A stretch of DNA of 64,000 bases from positions 192,001-256,000 of the forward strand of contig CAWBMP010000002.1 in NCBI GenBank assembly GCA_963790025.1, written 5' to 3'. Made by a program: the position numbers and the translations under genes. The first letter of the stretch is position 1, and each line of letters opens with the position of its first letter. Under the pieces are notes generated by a model. That model ran no database searches, was not told the DNA's origin, and was given only the letters and a program-made list of their open reading frames with translations. Positions 21,577 through 30,523 of this stretch are shown piece after piece. Source of the DNA: Nitrospirota bacterium. GTDB lineage: Bacteria; Nitrospirota; Thermodesulfovibrionia; Thermodesulfovibrionales; Dissulfurispiraceae.

Positions 21577-22134
21577 ATGAAGAAATCGCTTGGTGCAAAA
21601 ACACTTGCCTACCCGACCCCGGTATGGGTCATAGGAACATACGATAAGAGCGGAAAGCCAAACGTGATGACTATAGCATGGGGAGGAATTTGCTGTTCTA
21701 AGCCACCCTGTGTTGCTATATCTCTCAGAAAAGCTACTTATACTTATGGCAATATTATTGAACGGAAAGCATTTACTGTAAATATTCCCTCCGAGACTTA
21801 TGCAAAGGAGACTGATTATTTTGGCATAGTTTCAGGTAAGGACACAGATAAGTTTTTAACGACAGGGCTTACTGCAACTAAAGGTGACTTAGTAGATGCT
21901 CCTTATGTAAAAGAATTTCCAATTATTTTAGAATGCAGGGTTAATCATACAATAGAAATCGGCTTACACACCCAATTTATAGGCGAAATCATGGATGTTA
22001 AAGCAGATGAATCCGTGCTTGACGACGATGGACGCCCTGATATAGAGAAGATTAGACCTATCGTTTTTAGTCCCGAAGTGCGCAAATATCATAAAATTGG
22101 AGACTGTATTGGCGAAGCTTTCAAGATTTTTTGA
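21577..22134 (+). CDS. Flavin reductase family protein (flavoredoxin-like)
   Basis: [24 protein letters not shown] and [10 protein letters not shown]; strong RBS. Confidence 0.92.
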   Translation: MKKSLGAKTLAYPTPVWVIGTYDKSGKPNVMTIAWGGICCSKPPCVAISLRKATYTYGNIIERKAFTVNIPSETYAKETDYFGIVSGKDTDKFLTTGLTATKGDLVDAPYVKEFPIILECRVNHTIEIGLHTQFIGEIMDVKADESVLDDDGRPDIEKIRPIVFSPEVRKYHKIGDCIGEAFKIF

Positions 22135-22145
22135 ACTATAAAGCC

Positions 22146-22790
22146 TCATCCCTTTGATAGTCTTTGTCCCATCTCAAATGCTTTATTACAATCAAGAGGA
22201 AACACTTCCTTACGCCTCTTAGCCTTACTCTCAGGATCAAATCTGGGAGCAAAATATTTGGAGTAGTCCTTAAACTGAAAAGTGTCAAAGGAGCACAGTG
22301 ACTCTGAAGACCCAAATGTCCTTGTCAGGAACATTGAAATCAAATTCATGAACTGACTGTAGGCCAACTGGTTCATGCCTTCTTCAGTAACACCCATCGT
22401 ATAGATGAACCCAGTTTTTATTTGCCGGTTAAAAAGCGAGCCTGGGGGGTCCGTATATGTCAGATACTGAAATACGAGCCGTTCCAAAAATGAGCGCATC
22501 TCTCCTGTAACATTTCCCAAATAAATGGGCGAGCCAAAAATGAGAGTATCAGCGCCCTCAATTTTCTGGAAAACAGGCTTAAGGTCATCAGTGACAACGC
22601 ATTTTCCATAACTCTTTCCACCCTTTTCCTTACATGCAAAACAGCTTATACATCCTCTGTAGTTGAGATCGTAGAGGTGAATAAGTTTTGTTTTTGCTCC
22701 CTGAGATTTTGCTCCTTCCAATGCTTTTTCAAGCAACATTGCTGTGTTCCAGTGCTTTCGTGGACTACCATTAAATGCAATAACTTTCAT
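22146..22790 (-). CDS. Iron-sulfur flavoprotein / NADPH-dependent FMN reductase (flavodoxin fold)
   Basis: MKVIAFNGSPRK..NT, CISCFAC...C and FGSPIY. Confidence 0.92.
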   Translation of the reverse strand: MKVIAFNGSPRKHWNTAMLLEKALEGAKSQGAKTKLIHLYDLNYRGCISCFACKEKGGKSYGKCVVTDDLKPVFQKIEGADTLIFGSPIYLGNVTGEMRSFLERLVFQYLTYTDPPGSLFNRQIKTGFIYTMGVTEEGMNQLAYSQFMNLISMFLTRTFGSSESLCSFDTFQFKDYSKYFAPRFDPESKAKRRKEVFPLDCNKAFEMGQRLSKG

Positions 22791-22862
22791 ATGTAACCCT
22801 CCTTTGCCCACCTTCTATAGCTGCGAATGATGTTGACTGTGGATTTCTGAGATAATGTGTCA

Positions 22863-24923
22863 CTATGACCCAATCTTGGGAAGACTGAAATAAAATGTGG
22901 CACCCTGTTCCTTAACGCCTTCAGCCCATGTCATACCGTTATGGCGCGAAATAATGCGCCTGACGCTGGCAAGGCCGATGCCTGTGCCTTCAAATTCATC
23001 CTGCGTATGTAGACGCTGGAATACCCCGAACAGCTTATCCGCGGATGCCATGTCAAATCCCACGCCATTGTCTTTCACGAAAAATACGATCGCGTTCCCC
23101 TCGTCTTTGCACCCAATGCTGATTTCAGCCTCAGTACGTGTACGAGTATATTTCACAGCATTCGACACAAGATTGACAAGTACCAGCCTCAGCATCGATT
23201 GATCGCCATATACGTCAGGCAGTTCATTGATTTTCCATATAATATTGCGGTCTTTTGCAGCAGTTTGAATTTCAAATACCACTTCCCTTATGATAATATT
23301 GAAATTAATTTTTTCCATTTTCATTTCTGAACGCCCAACGCGAGAAAAGGCGAGCAGATCATCAATAAGCACCTCCATCCTCTTTGCGGCGCCGACTATT
23401 GTTGCCGCATATCCATGAGCTTTTTCATCAGGGTGTTCAAGCAGTCTTTTTTGCAACAGTTCCGCAAAACCCGTCATATGTCGAAGTGGAGCGCGAAGAT
23501 CGTGGGAAACCGAGTAGCTGAATGCATCAAGCTCTTTGTTTGCAGCTTCAAGCTTCTCGATTATTTCCTTCAATTTCTCTTCCGCACGCTTTCGCTCGGT
23601 GATGTTTCTTGCAATCGCCGAGGCCCCCGTTATTTTGCCGGTGGAATCCTTAACGGGTGATATTGTTACAGAAACATCTATAATATCGCCGCCTTTTTTC
23701 ATGCGCGCCGTTTCGTATTGATCGACTCGTTTTCCATATCTGACCTGTTCAAGAAGAAAAAAAACTTCATCGCTATGATCAGGCGGGACCAAGAATGATA
23801 TGGGACGTCCAATGGCTTCCTCTTTTGTATAGTCATAAAGCCTTTCCGCGCCGGAGTTCCAGCTTGTAACGATACCATCCAAAGTTTTGCCTATAATAGC
23901 ATCATCAGATGATTCAACAAGGGCTGCCAGTTTGGAAATAGCTTCCTCGGCTTGCTTGCGCTCATGTATGTAACGGTAAAGCAGCCATGCCCCCAAAAGT
24001 GTTAAAAGGAAAAACAGTACCAGTATTGCCGACATTTTTGTATTTTCGTTCCGCCACTCGGCAAGATAATCCTCTCTGGCTAATCCGACAAGTATATAAA
24101 GCGGGTAGGCGTAGATTTTTCGGAAAGAATATATTCGTTGGATTCCATCAATAGTAGAACGGGCTTCATACGTTACTGACGTTTGACCCCTTCTAAAAAA
24201 TCCCAGGATATCGGCAGATTTTGACTTCTTGCCGATGATACCGCCATCCCGTTGCGGTTCCGGATAACGAGAAAGAATAGTGATTTCATTGTCGAATAAT
24301 GTGACAACACCGTGTTTGCCCACGTTAACCCTTGAGAATGCCTCGGCAAACTTCTCCAGTATGATCGCCGTATAGACTATACCTGCAAATGAACCGTTGG
24401 GGTGATTAAACCGGCGGGCAATGACTACTACCCTTTTACCGGAGATGCGACCAATAATCGGCTTTGAGATGAAAATTCCACTTTTGGAGTTATTGGATAG
24501 GGAAATGAAATAATCGCGGTCGGCAACATTTATCGGAGAGCTTGGCACCACAGATGTCCCGTATAAAACAAAACCCTGTGCATTGCTCATTCTCAGACTG
24601 TCAATTTCCGGTATAAGGGCTTTCTGCCGGGCTATATATGCATTAAATACTCGCCTATTGATACCTCCGCCGGCAAGCTGTTTCTCAGCTTCATCTGCTA
24701 CTGTCAGCAGTGCATTATCAGTCTTTGTAATGACTCCATTGATATACTCCTCAAGTACCTGTGACAGGTTCTGGGTCGTAATAGCAGCCGTTTCCTCATA
24801 CTGAAGACGGCTTTGACGGATGGAAATGCCAACTAATACAAGAATGACAAGGTTGACCAGCAGGACCCATATTGCCAATTGCTTTCGAAAAGCAGCGGTA
24901 GAGGCTGTTTCTTCCATTGGCAA
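22863..24923 (-). CDS. Sensor histidine kinase (2 TM, Cache, PAS, HisKA, HATPase)
   Basis: ADRDYF Cache signature, VESSDDAIIG PAS, SVSHDLRAPLRH H-box, DNGVGF and GTGIGLA. Confidence 0.93.
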   Translation of the reverse strand: MPMEETASTAAFRKQLAIWVLLVNLVILVLVGISIRQSRLQYEETAAITTQNLSQVLEEYINGVITKTDNALLTVADEAEKQLAGGGINRRVFNAYIARQKALIPEIDSLRMSNAQGFVLYGTSVVPSSPINVADRDYFISLSNNSKSGIFISKPIIGRISGKRVVVIARRFNHPNGSFAGIVYTAIILEKFAEAFSRVNVGKHGVVTLFDNEITILSRYPEPQRDGGIIGKKSKSADILGFFRRGQTSVTYEARSTIDGIQRIYSFRKIYAYPLYILVGLAREDYLAEWRNENTKMSAILVLFFLLTLLGAWLLYRYIHERKQAEEAISKLAALVESSDDAIIGKTLDGIVTSWNSGAERLYDYTKEEAIGRPISFLVPPDHSDEVFFLLEQVRYGKRVDQYETARMKKGGDIIDVSVTISPVKDSTGKITGASAIARNITERKRAEEKLKEIIEKLEAANKELDAFSYSVSHDLRAPLRHMTGFAELLQKRLLEHPDEKAHGYAATIVGAAKRMEVLIDDLLAFSRVGRSEMKMEKINFNIIIREVVFEIQTAAKDRNIIWKINELPDVYGDQSMLRLVLVNLVSNAVKYTRTRTEAEISIGCKDEGNAIVFFVKDNGVGFDMASADKLFGVFQRLHTQDEFEGTGIGLASVRRIISRHNGMTWAEGVKEQGATFYFSLPKIGS

Positions 24924-25041
24924 CTATTTTATCACAGGGCTTTATCCGCGGTCACCATGCTGCTATACAATGACATATCATTACGCTAATGGCAACAAAT
25001 TCCAGGCGTGCTCTTCATATAGTCGAAGTACTCTGTCGAGC

Positions 25042-25290
25042 CTACTCCTCGACAAGTTGCCACTCAGCGTAACCGTCTTTCCTATCAAGAAACTTCCTAC
25101 CGGTTAATCTGACGCCGGCTATTGTAGGATGCGTCTTGATATTTATATAGGCTCTTATCAGATTGGCTATTGTCGCTTCTTGCAGTGTAAATTCCGTATC
25201 ATCTTGAAGTACAATAGTTGTCCTCAGGTGCTTATGACCCTCCGGTATCTCAACCAGTAATTCCTTCACATCTTCATTTCTAATTATCAT
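25042..25290 (-). CDS. Hypothetical protein (82 aa)
   Basis: AGGAG RBS and protein-like composition (EIPEGHKHLRTTI, QEATIANL.RAYI.IKTHP). Confidence 0.7.
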   Translation of the reverse strand: MIIRNEDVKELLVEIPEGHKHLRTTIVLQDDTEFTLQEATIANLIRAYINIKTHPTIAGVRLTGRKFLDRKDGYAEWQLVEE

Positions 25291-25413
25291 GAAAGCTCCT
25301 TTTCACTCGCCACGCTAACCGTTTTACAATGATTTTAGCATACAATTGAATTATGCCGACCCCGGTACACGTTGTGGCACATTCCCGTATATTAAATAGA
25401 AAAATTCTGGCAT

Positions 25414-25456
25414 TTGACAAACAGTAAAAATAAGTTATTCTATAGATATAATCTAT
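25414..25456 (+). promoter_or_regulatory. Putative sigma70 promoter (TTGACA-16-TATTCT) with downstream palindrome ATAGAT-ATA-ATCTAT
   Basis: TTGACA at 25414-25419, TATTCT at 25436-25441 and an inverted repeat at 25442-25456, all upstream of the peptide ORF. Confidence 0.5.
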
Positions 25457-25498
25457 TTGTATCGGTAAACCTATAGACTGAAGGGAGGTGAAAGAAGG

Positions 25499-25621
25499 AT
25501 GAAAAAGACATTGTCCGCAAGGGCCCTCGCGAAAGAAACTGCTTTCTGGGATAACCTGAAACAGACTGCAAAAGAAAATCCTGGGAAAACATGTCACAAG
25601 TGAAAGGGTTGAAAGAGTTAA
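25499..25621 (+). CDS. Putative RiPP precursor with two selenocysteines: MKKTLSARALAKETAFWDNLKQTAKENPGKTCHKUKGUKS (40 aa; 34 aa if UGA is a stop)
   Basis: RBS GGGAGGTG 8 nt before ATG. In-frame TGA at 25601 and 25610 give C-x2-U-x2-U spacing, with TAA at 25619. A SECIS-like hairpin follows, and the ORF precedes a radical SAM/SPASM gene. Confidence 0.7.
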
Positions 25622-25622
25622 A

Positions 25623-25639
25623 GTTGCCGGTTCGGCAAC
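25623..25639 (+). promoter_or_regulatory. SECIS-like hairpin GTTGCCG-GTT-CGGCAAC
   Basis: Perfect 7-bp stem with a G-U apical loop, 10 nt after the second UGA. It resembles the E. coli fdhF SECIS upper stem and is followed by an A-run, not a U-run. Confidence 0.6.
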
Positions 25640-25719
25640 GAAAAAAAAGGCAGATATGAACGCTAAATACCGGCAGAATTGGTACCAATCGTCATATCTG
25701 CCTGTTATTTTGATAATAA

Positions 25720-26808
25720 ATGGCAATGATGGATGCTAAATCTGAAATCATACGGAAACCAATGTCAATAAACGAACCTCTGGAATTCTTCATTCAGCTG
25801 CATCTTACGGAGAGATGTAACCTCAAATGCACGCACTGCTATCAATCCGGAGAGAGCCCGGATGAGATGTCTTTGGCCGAGATAAGAAGTGTAATCAGTG
25901 AGGTTGCTGATATGCTCAGGGAATGGTCAGCGGCTTACGATGTTACTTTTTCTTCCAGTTTCAATATCACCGGCGGTGAGCCGTTTCTTAGACAGGACAT
26001 TTTCGATGTACTGGAGGAACTAACCAAGCAAGGAATTGATGCCTATTTGCTTTCTAACGGGATACTCATCAGTCGGGATAAGGCTGAAATGCTTGCTCAG
26101 TTGGGAGTGAAAGGAGTACAGGTAAGCATTGAGGGCCCGGAAGATATTCATGACGCAATAAGAGGCAAGGGAAGTCTGAAGCGGTCTCTTGCAGGAATAA
26201 AATACCTCCTTGATGCTGGAATAGAAGTGACCTTGAATACAACGCTTTCCGATATAAATGCCCCGTATTTTTTGGACGTAATAGCCCTGGCATCTTCAAT
26301 AGGCGTTCAGAAGTTGGGGTTTTCAAGGCTGGTACCGTCCGGAAGTGCGAGAAAATTATTGAATAGAATGCTTACTAAAGAAGTCCTGGAGGTTTTGTAC
26401 AGCAAAATATTTTCGCTGAATACCGGCAACCTGAAAATTGTCACGGGTGACCCCGTAGCGTCACAGTTTAGAAAACCAGTGAGTGAAGAGGGTAATAACT
26501 CCTTTCCATCCGGTGGATGCGCGGCAGGTGTCTCGGGCTTGACAATCCTGCCTGATGGAACAGTAACTCCATGCAGAAGACTTCCTGTTCCTATTGGAAA
26601 TGTAAGAACAGATTCTCTGAGGGAGATATGGTCGACATCGGAGGTCTTAAACTCACTGAGGGACAGGTCCGGATACGATGGGAAATGCGGCGGATGCAAA
26701 AAATGGTCAGCATGCAGAGGGTGCAGAGCAATAGCTTATGAATTTTCATGTTCTCATGGGACAACAAATTACCTGGCAGAGGACCCACAGTGTTTTCTGC
26801 AAAACTGA
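25720..26808 (+). CDS. Radical SAM/SPASM domain protein, probable peptide maturase
   Basis: CNLKCTHC and ITGGEP. SPASM region GCAAG...PDGTVTPC...IGNV...EIW...CGGC....CRGCRA...DPQC. Confidence 0.93.
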   Translation: MAMMDAKSEIIRKPMSINEPLEFFIQLHLTERCNLKCTHCYQSGESPDEMSLAEIRSVISEVADMLREWSAAYDVTFSSSFNITGGEPFLRQDIFDVLEELTKQGIDAYLLSNGILISRDKAEMLAQLGVKGVQVSIEGPEDIHDAIRGKGSLKRSLAGIKYLLDAGIEVTLNTTLSDINAPYFLDVIALASSIGVQKLGFSRLVPSGSARKLLNRMLTKEVLEVLYSKIFSLNTGNLKIVTGDPVASQFRKPVSEEGNNSFPSGGCAAGVSGLTILPDGTVTPCRRLPVPIGNVRTDSLREIWSTSEVLNSLRDRSGYDGKCGGCKKWSACRGCRAIAYEFSCSHGTTNYLAEDPQCFLQN

Positions 26809-26814
26809 AAAAGG

Positions 26815-27357
26815 ATGGTTGAAATGGCTAAATGGATTATAGATTCTGATCACTCAGTAGCAGCATTTTCTGTCCACCACATGATGATTGCGTATGTTCG
26901 CGGTCAGTTCAATAGAATTGAAGGGACTATTTTTTTTGATCCTCTGAACATTAATAACTCTTCAATCGCGCTGTCCATCGATGCCTCAAGCATTTTTACG
27001 GGGATACAGAAACGTGACGACCACCTGAAAAGCCCCGATTTTTTTGATATCGATACTTATCCCACCATCTCTTTTAAATCCAGCCGGATAGATTCAGGGA
27101 ATGGTAACAAGGTAAAAGTGACCGGCGGCTTAACAATACATGGCATAACACGTGAGACATCTGTCTTGGCAGAATTTTCAGGGCCTGTAAAAGACCCTTT
27201 TGGAGACGGATTAAGCATGGGCTTTTCAGTATCAGCCACAATAAACCGCGAAGACTATAAGATTATGTGGAATCAGCCAATGGCCGACAATGGCATCATG
27301 GTTGGCAGGGAAGTCCAGCTTTTTATAGATGTGGAAGCTGATCTTGACACTGAATAA
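26815..27357 (+). CDS. yceI: YceI family (lipid/polyisoprenoid-binding) protein without signal peptide
   Basis: WIIDSDHS, VRGQF, RDDHLKSPDFFD and GGLTIHGITR; starts 6 bp after the rSAM stop. Confidence 0.92.
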   Translation: MVEMAKWIIDSDHSVAAFSVHHMMIAYVRGQFNRIEGTIFFDPLNINNSSIALSIDASSIFTGIQKRDDHLKSPDFFDIDTYPTISFKSSRIDSGNGNKVKVTGGLTIHGITRETSVLAEFSGPVKDPFGDGLSMGFSVSATINREDYKIMWNQPMADNGIMVGREVQLFIDVEADLDTE

Positions 27358-27403
27358 AATAGTATCGATCTTTTAAAATCAACCGACCCTTGATTTTCGC
27401 TGC

Positions 27404-29164
27404 CTAACTTAACTCCGTTTCCAACAAATCGAGGGGAAGATCGATCTGGTCAGTACTCTCAGGTGAAGCAGGAAGATAGACATGAACAACTGTCCCTTTC
27501 ACAGGTTCAGATTCGACAGTAATATATCCTTTGTGTCCTTTTACTATGGCATAACAAAGAGCAAGGCCGAGTCCGACCCCACTCCTGTAATCCATTTGTT
27601 TCGTCGTAAAATACGGCTCAAAGATGTTTGAGAGATTTTCCTTTGGTATCCCAACTCCGTGGTCCTTCACGGATATTTTTATATAGTGTCCTTCTTGCAA
27701 AGGGAGCAGGTCGCGGCTGCTGATGACTGTGTTTTTTGCAACGATATCAATAACCCCGCCGTTGGGCATTGCTTCACCGGCATTTTCAAGCAGTTCATGC
27801 ATCACCTGGAAAATCTGTCTCTCATCTATTTCAGCAGACCATAGATTGTCCGGAATCGATATATTGACCCTGAAGTTTGCATTTGTCGATAACAATCCGG
27901 ATGAATCCTGTAATAGGTGTGCCAGTGACAATGTCTTTCTTTCTAATTTGACACCTGATGCAAAATTATCTAATTGGTGAGTCAACTCCTTCGCTTTCAC
28001 GCAGGCATTTTCCGCAATCGTCAGATACTTATACACCTCATCGGAGGGTGGAACGAGTGCCCTGGAAAGAGATACGAAGCCTAAAACTGACGTCAATAGG
28101 TTGTTAAAATCATGGGCTATGCCTTTTGAAAGTATAGAAACTGATTCCAGTTTTCTGCTTTTTAAAAGGTCCTCCTCCATTTTTTTCCGCTCGGTTATGT
28201 CATTAAATATCACTATATTTACATCTTGCAGTGATGCCATCCTGAATTCAATGTCGCGCAAAGACCCGTCCTTACACCTTACTCTCCATTCATGATTTTC
28301 TGTCTCTTTTCCGTCTTTTATAGCTTTCCTTGCGGCAGATCTCCAACTATTTATGACCTTCTGCCTATATTCCGGTTCCGGGTAAGCAAGAGGCCACCAA
28401 TCATCTACAGTGGGAATATCTGCTATAGTGTAGCCGAACGTTTCTACGAATTTATTGTTAAAATGTATAAATTTGCCGGTTTTGTCTGCCACTGCCATTG
28501 CAACTGGATTGCGCTCTATCAACCGTCTGAAATTATCTTCATTTTTGCTGAGTTCATATTGAGTTCTCTCGAAAAAGATAATTATGATGCCTATTGCAAC
28601 TGATATTGCAAAAAACCCTCCAATAATGAATCCGAACGGAGCAAACCATTGCACGGGGCGAAGCAGCGGGTAATCAAGTTGATGAATACCCCAGGCAATA
28701 AAAAGCCAACCAACAATGCGGGCTGTAAATTCACCTTTATTGATATTCTTTATAATGAGGTAACCGGTAAGGATGTATATTAGTCCCTGAAATCCGAAAA
28801 CTACAATATTGATAAACAAGACTGGAAAACTGTGAAATAATGAAAAGACAACGAAGGGACCCATAATTGTCCCTGTAATGATGGGCCATTTTGCGGGGGT
28901 TTGCCCAATCAATATTACAGTACCGTTCAGAAGGAAAATGGCACTTATTACGATGAAAAGATAGTATCCTGTGCTAAGAAGGAGAGAGTCATGCCAGAGT
29001 AACGAAATGATCAGACATGCAAACCGCAGAAAATAAATGCCCCACGATATCGCCCAAAACTTTATTGACCTTTGCCGATGCTGGACATATAGGTAGGTGT
29101 TGATGACTACCAATATGAATACACCAGTTGCGTACGCAATGGTGGCAGGCAAAAGCCACTGCAT
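27404..29164 (-). CDS. Membrane sensor histidine kinase (about 7 TM, PAS), no receiver domain
   Basis: GIAHDFNNLL H-box, DHGVGI, FEPYFTTK and GLGLA; ends soon after YLPAS. Confidence 0.9.
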   Translation of the reverse strand: MQWLLPATIAYATGVFILVVINTYLYVQHRQRSIKFWAISWGIYFLRFACLIISLLWHDSLLLSTGYYLFIVISAIFLLNGTVILIGQTPAKWPIITGTIMGPFVVFSLFHSFPVLFINIVVFGFQGLIYILTGYLIIKNINKGEFTARIVGWLFIAWGIHQLDYPLLRPVQWFAPFGFIIGGFFAISVAIGIIIIFFERTQYELSKNEDNFRRLIERNPVAMAVADKTGKFIHFNNKFVETFGYTIADIPTVDDWWPLAYPEPEYRQKVINSWRSAARKAIKDGKETENHEWRVRCKDGSLRDIEFRMASLQDVNIVIFNDITERKKMEEDLLKSRKLESVSILSKGIAHDFNNLLTSVLGFVSLSRALVPPSDEVYKYLTIAENACVKAKELTHQLDNFASGVKLERKTLSLAHLLQDSSGLLSTNANFRVNISIPDNLWSAEIDERQIFQVMHELLENAGEAMPNGGVIDIVAKNTVISSRDLLPLQEGHYIKISVKDHGVGIPKENLSNIFEPYFTTKQMDYRSGVGLGLALCYAIVKGHKGYITVESEPVKGTVVHVYLPASPESTDQIDLPLDLLETELS

Positions 29165-29196
29165 GTTTGAGCACCCCGATAGAGTTTTGTAAGAAC

Positions 29197-29228
29197 GGGG
29201 CGCCGGAACTTCCGGCGCCGCCTTTTAT
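29197..29228. terminator. GC-rich hairpin GGCGCCGGAA-C-TTCCGGCGCC downstream of the Spy-like gene
   Basis: 10-bp inverted repeat between two co-oriented genes; the U-tract on the minus strand is weak. Confidence 0.5.
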
Positions 29229-29263
29229 TTCCGCATCAAGTCGGCAAAAATACGGTGCACCGG

Positions 29264-29896
29264 CTATTTCATCATTTTCTCGTGGTCATGATGCTCCATT
29301 CCCTTCATCATGTCGCCCTTCATCATACCGCAGCCGCATCCCTCGCCGCCCTTCATCATGCCGCCGCACATACCGCCCTCCATCATACCGCCGCCCATCA
29401 TGTGCTTTTCCATCATCTCTTTGAGTTTTGCTCTCTGTTCGGGGGTCAACACTGCCTTGCCTTCCTGAACAGCACTCAGGCGCGCAAGGGTCATGGCCGT
29501 CTTCATGGATTCTATCTCTTTCAGCTTCGATTCCGCTGCTTTCATATCTACGGGATCTTTGCTGATAATATCTTCGAGGTCAACTTCCGCTATCTTCAGT
29601 TCGGCCTTCCTTTTGATCATATCTTTCTTTGTTCTGAGGATTATTCTGTCTATTTGTTCCTTTTGCTTTTGATCGAGACCGAGGTGACTAAGCATCATCC
29701 TGATATGATGTTCGCTCATCATCATACCGCCGCCCATCAGACCACCCATCTTGCCGCACATCATGCCGCCGCCCAGTGGGGGATCGTCCTGCATCCCAAC
29801 ATTCTGTCCCATCGGCTGTGCAACAGCGCCGGTAATGCCGAATCCCATGACCAGTAATAAAATTGCCAAAATCGTTATGTAACGTTTCATCTTCAA
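29264..29896 (-). CDS. Spy/CpxP-family periplasmic protein with Met/Gly/Cys/His-rich termini
   Basis: Signal peptide, VLTPEQRAK, and tail GGMMEGGMCGGMMKGGEGCGCGMM...EHHDHE. Confidence 0.85.
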   Translation of the reverse strand: MKMKRYITILAILLLVMGFGITGAVAQPMGQNVGMQDDPPLGGGMMCGKMGGLMGGGMMMSEHHIRMMLSHLGLDQKQKEQIDRIILRTKKDMIKRKAELKIAEVDLEDIISKDPVDMKAAESKLKEIESMKTAMTLARLSAVQEGKAVLTPEQRAKLKEMMEKHMMGGGMMEGGMCGGMMKGGEGCGCGMMKGDMMKGMEHHDHEKMMK

Positions 29897-30029
29897 TGCC
29901 TCCTGTTTAGTATTATTGTTTTTCGGACGACATTACAATTATAGTGTTTCCAGCCTCAATGTCAAGACACCGACAATATTTTACATTTGTTGCCTTGACA
30001 CCTTGGCCGCCCTCTTGATACTTTAACTT

Positions 30030-30419
30030 ATGGACGCCTTCACCAAAATTGCCGAACAGAGAATCAAAGAGGCCATCGATAACGGCGATTTCGATAACCT
30101 GAGCGGGTCCGGTAAGCCTCTTGTTTTCGAGGATGAGAGCTGGATTCCGGAAGATTTGAGGCTCGCTTACAGGATACTGAAGAATAACGGCTTCATTCCG
30201 CCCGAACTGGAACTGAGAAATGAGATAATCAACCTTCAGCGGTTCATAGAAACGATCGACGATGATAAGGAGCGGCTGAAAAAGCTCAGGGAGCTTAACT
30301 TCAAGATTACGAAATTCGAGCTTACCAGGAAAACGCCGCTCCATCTGGAACGGTTCCCCGAATACGAAAGTCGCTTTTACGAAAAAACGCTGAGCCAGCA
30401 AGTAAGCAGTAGGCAGTAA
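30030..30419 (+). CDS. DUF1992 (DnaJ C28-like) domain protein
   Basis: IAEQRIKEAI.NGDFDNL.G.GKPL and LRLAYRILKN.GFIPPE. Confidence 0.88.
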   Translation: MDAFTKIAEQRIKEAIDNGDFDNLSGSGKPLVFEDESWIPEDLRLAYRILKNNGFIPPELELRNEIINLQRFIETIDDDKERLKKLRELNFKITKFELTRKTPLHLERFPEYESRFYEKTLSQQVSSRQ

Positions 30420-30522
30420 GCAGCAAAAACCAAAAGCCTATATCATTGAAAAGACTAATTGATTAATTCTTTTCTTTTTTTCTCTTCTTTTGCTTCCTAC
30501 TGCTTACTGCCTGCTGCTTACT
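30401..30522. repeat. Inverted pair of heptamer tandem arrays
   Basis: AGTAAGCAGTAGGCAGTAAGCAG (30401-30423) pairs with CTGCTTACTGCCTGCTGCTTACT (30500-30522) with one mismatch, between convergent genes. Confidence 0.8.
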
Positions 30523-30523
30523 T

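Noticed and set aside
25280..25726. Minus-strand 148-aa and 82-aa ORFs
   Set aside because: No RBS or motifs; they overlap the better supported plus-strand peptide and its promoter.
25720..26808. Call as SbtM, the maturase of the peptide at 49858
   Set aside because: 24 kb away, shorter than I expect for SbtM with no evident RRE extension, and it has its own adjacent candidate precursor. In-trans activity cannot be excluded.
29255..29857. His/Ala-rich 200-aa plus-strand ORF
   Set aside because: Antisense of the Met/Gly-rich Spy-like gene (ATG read as CAT).
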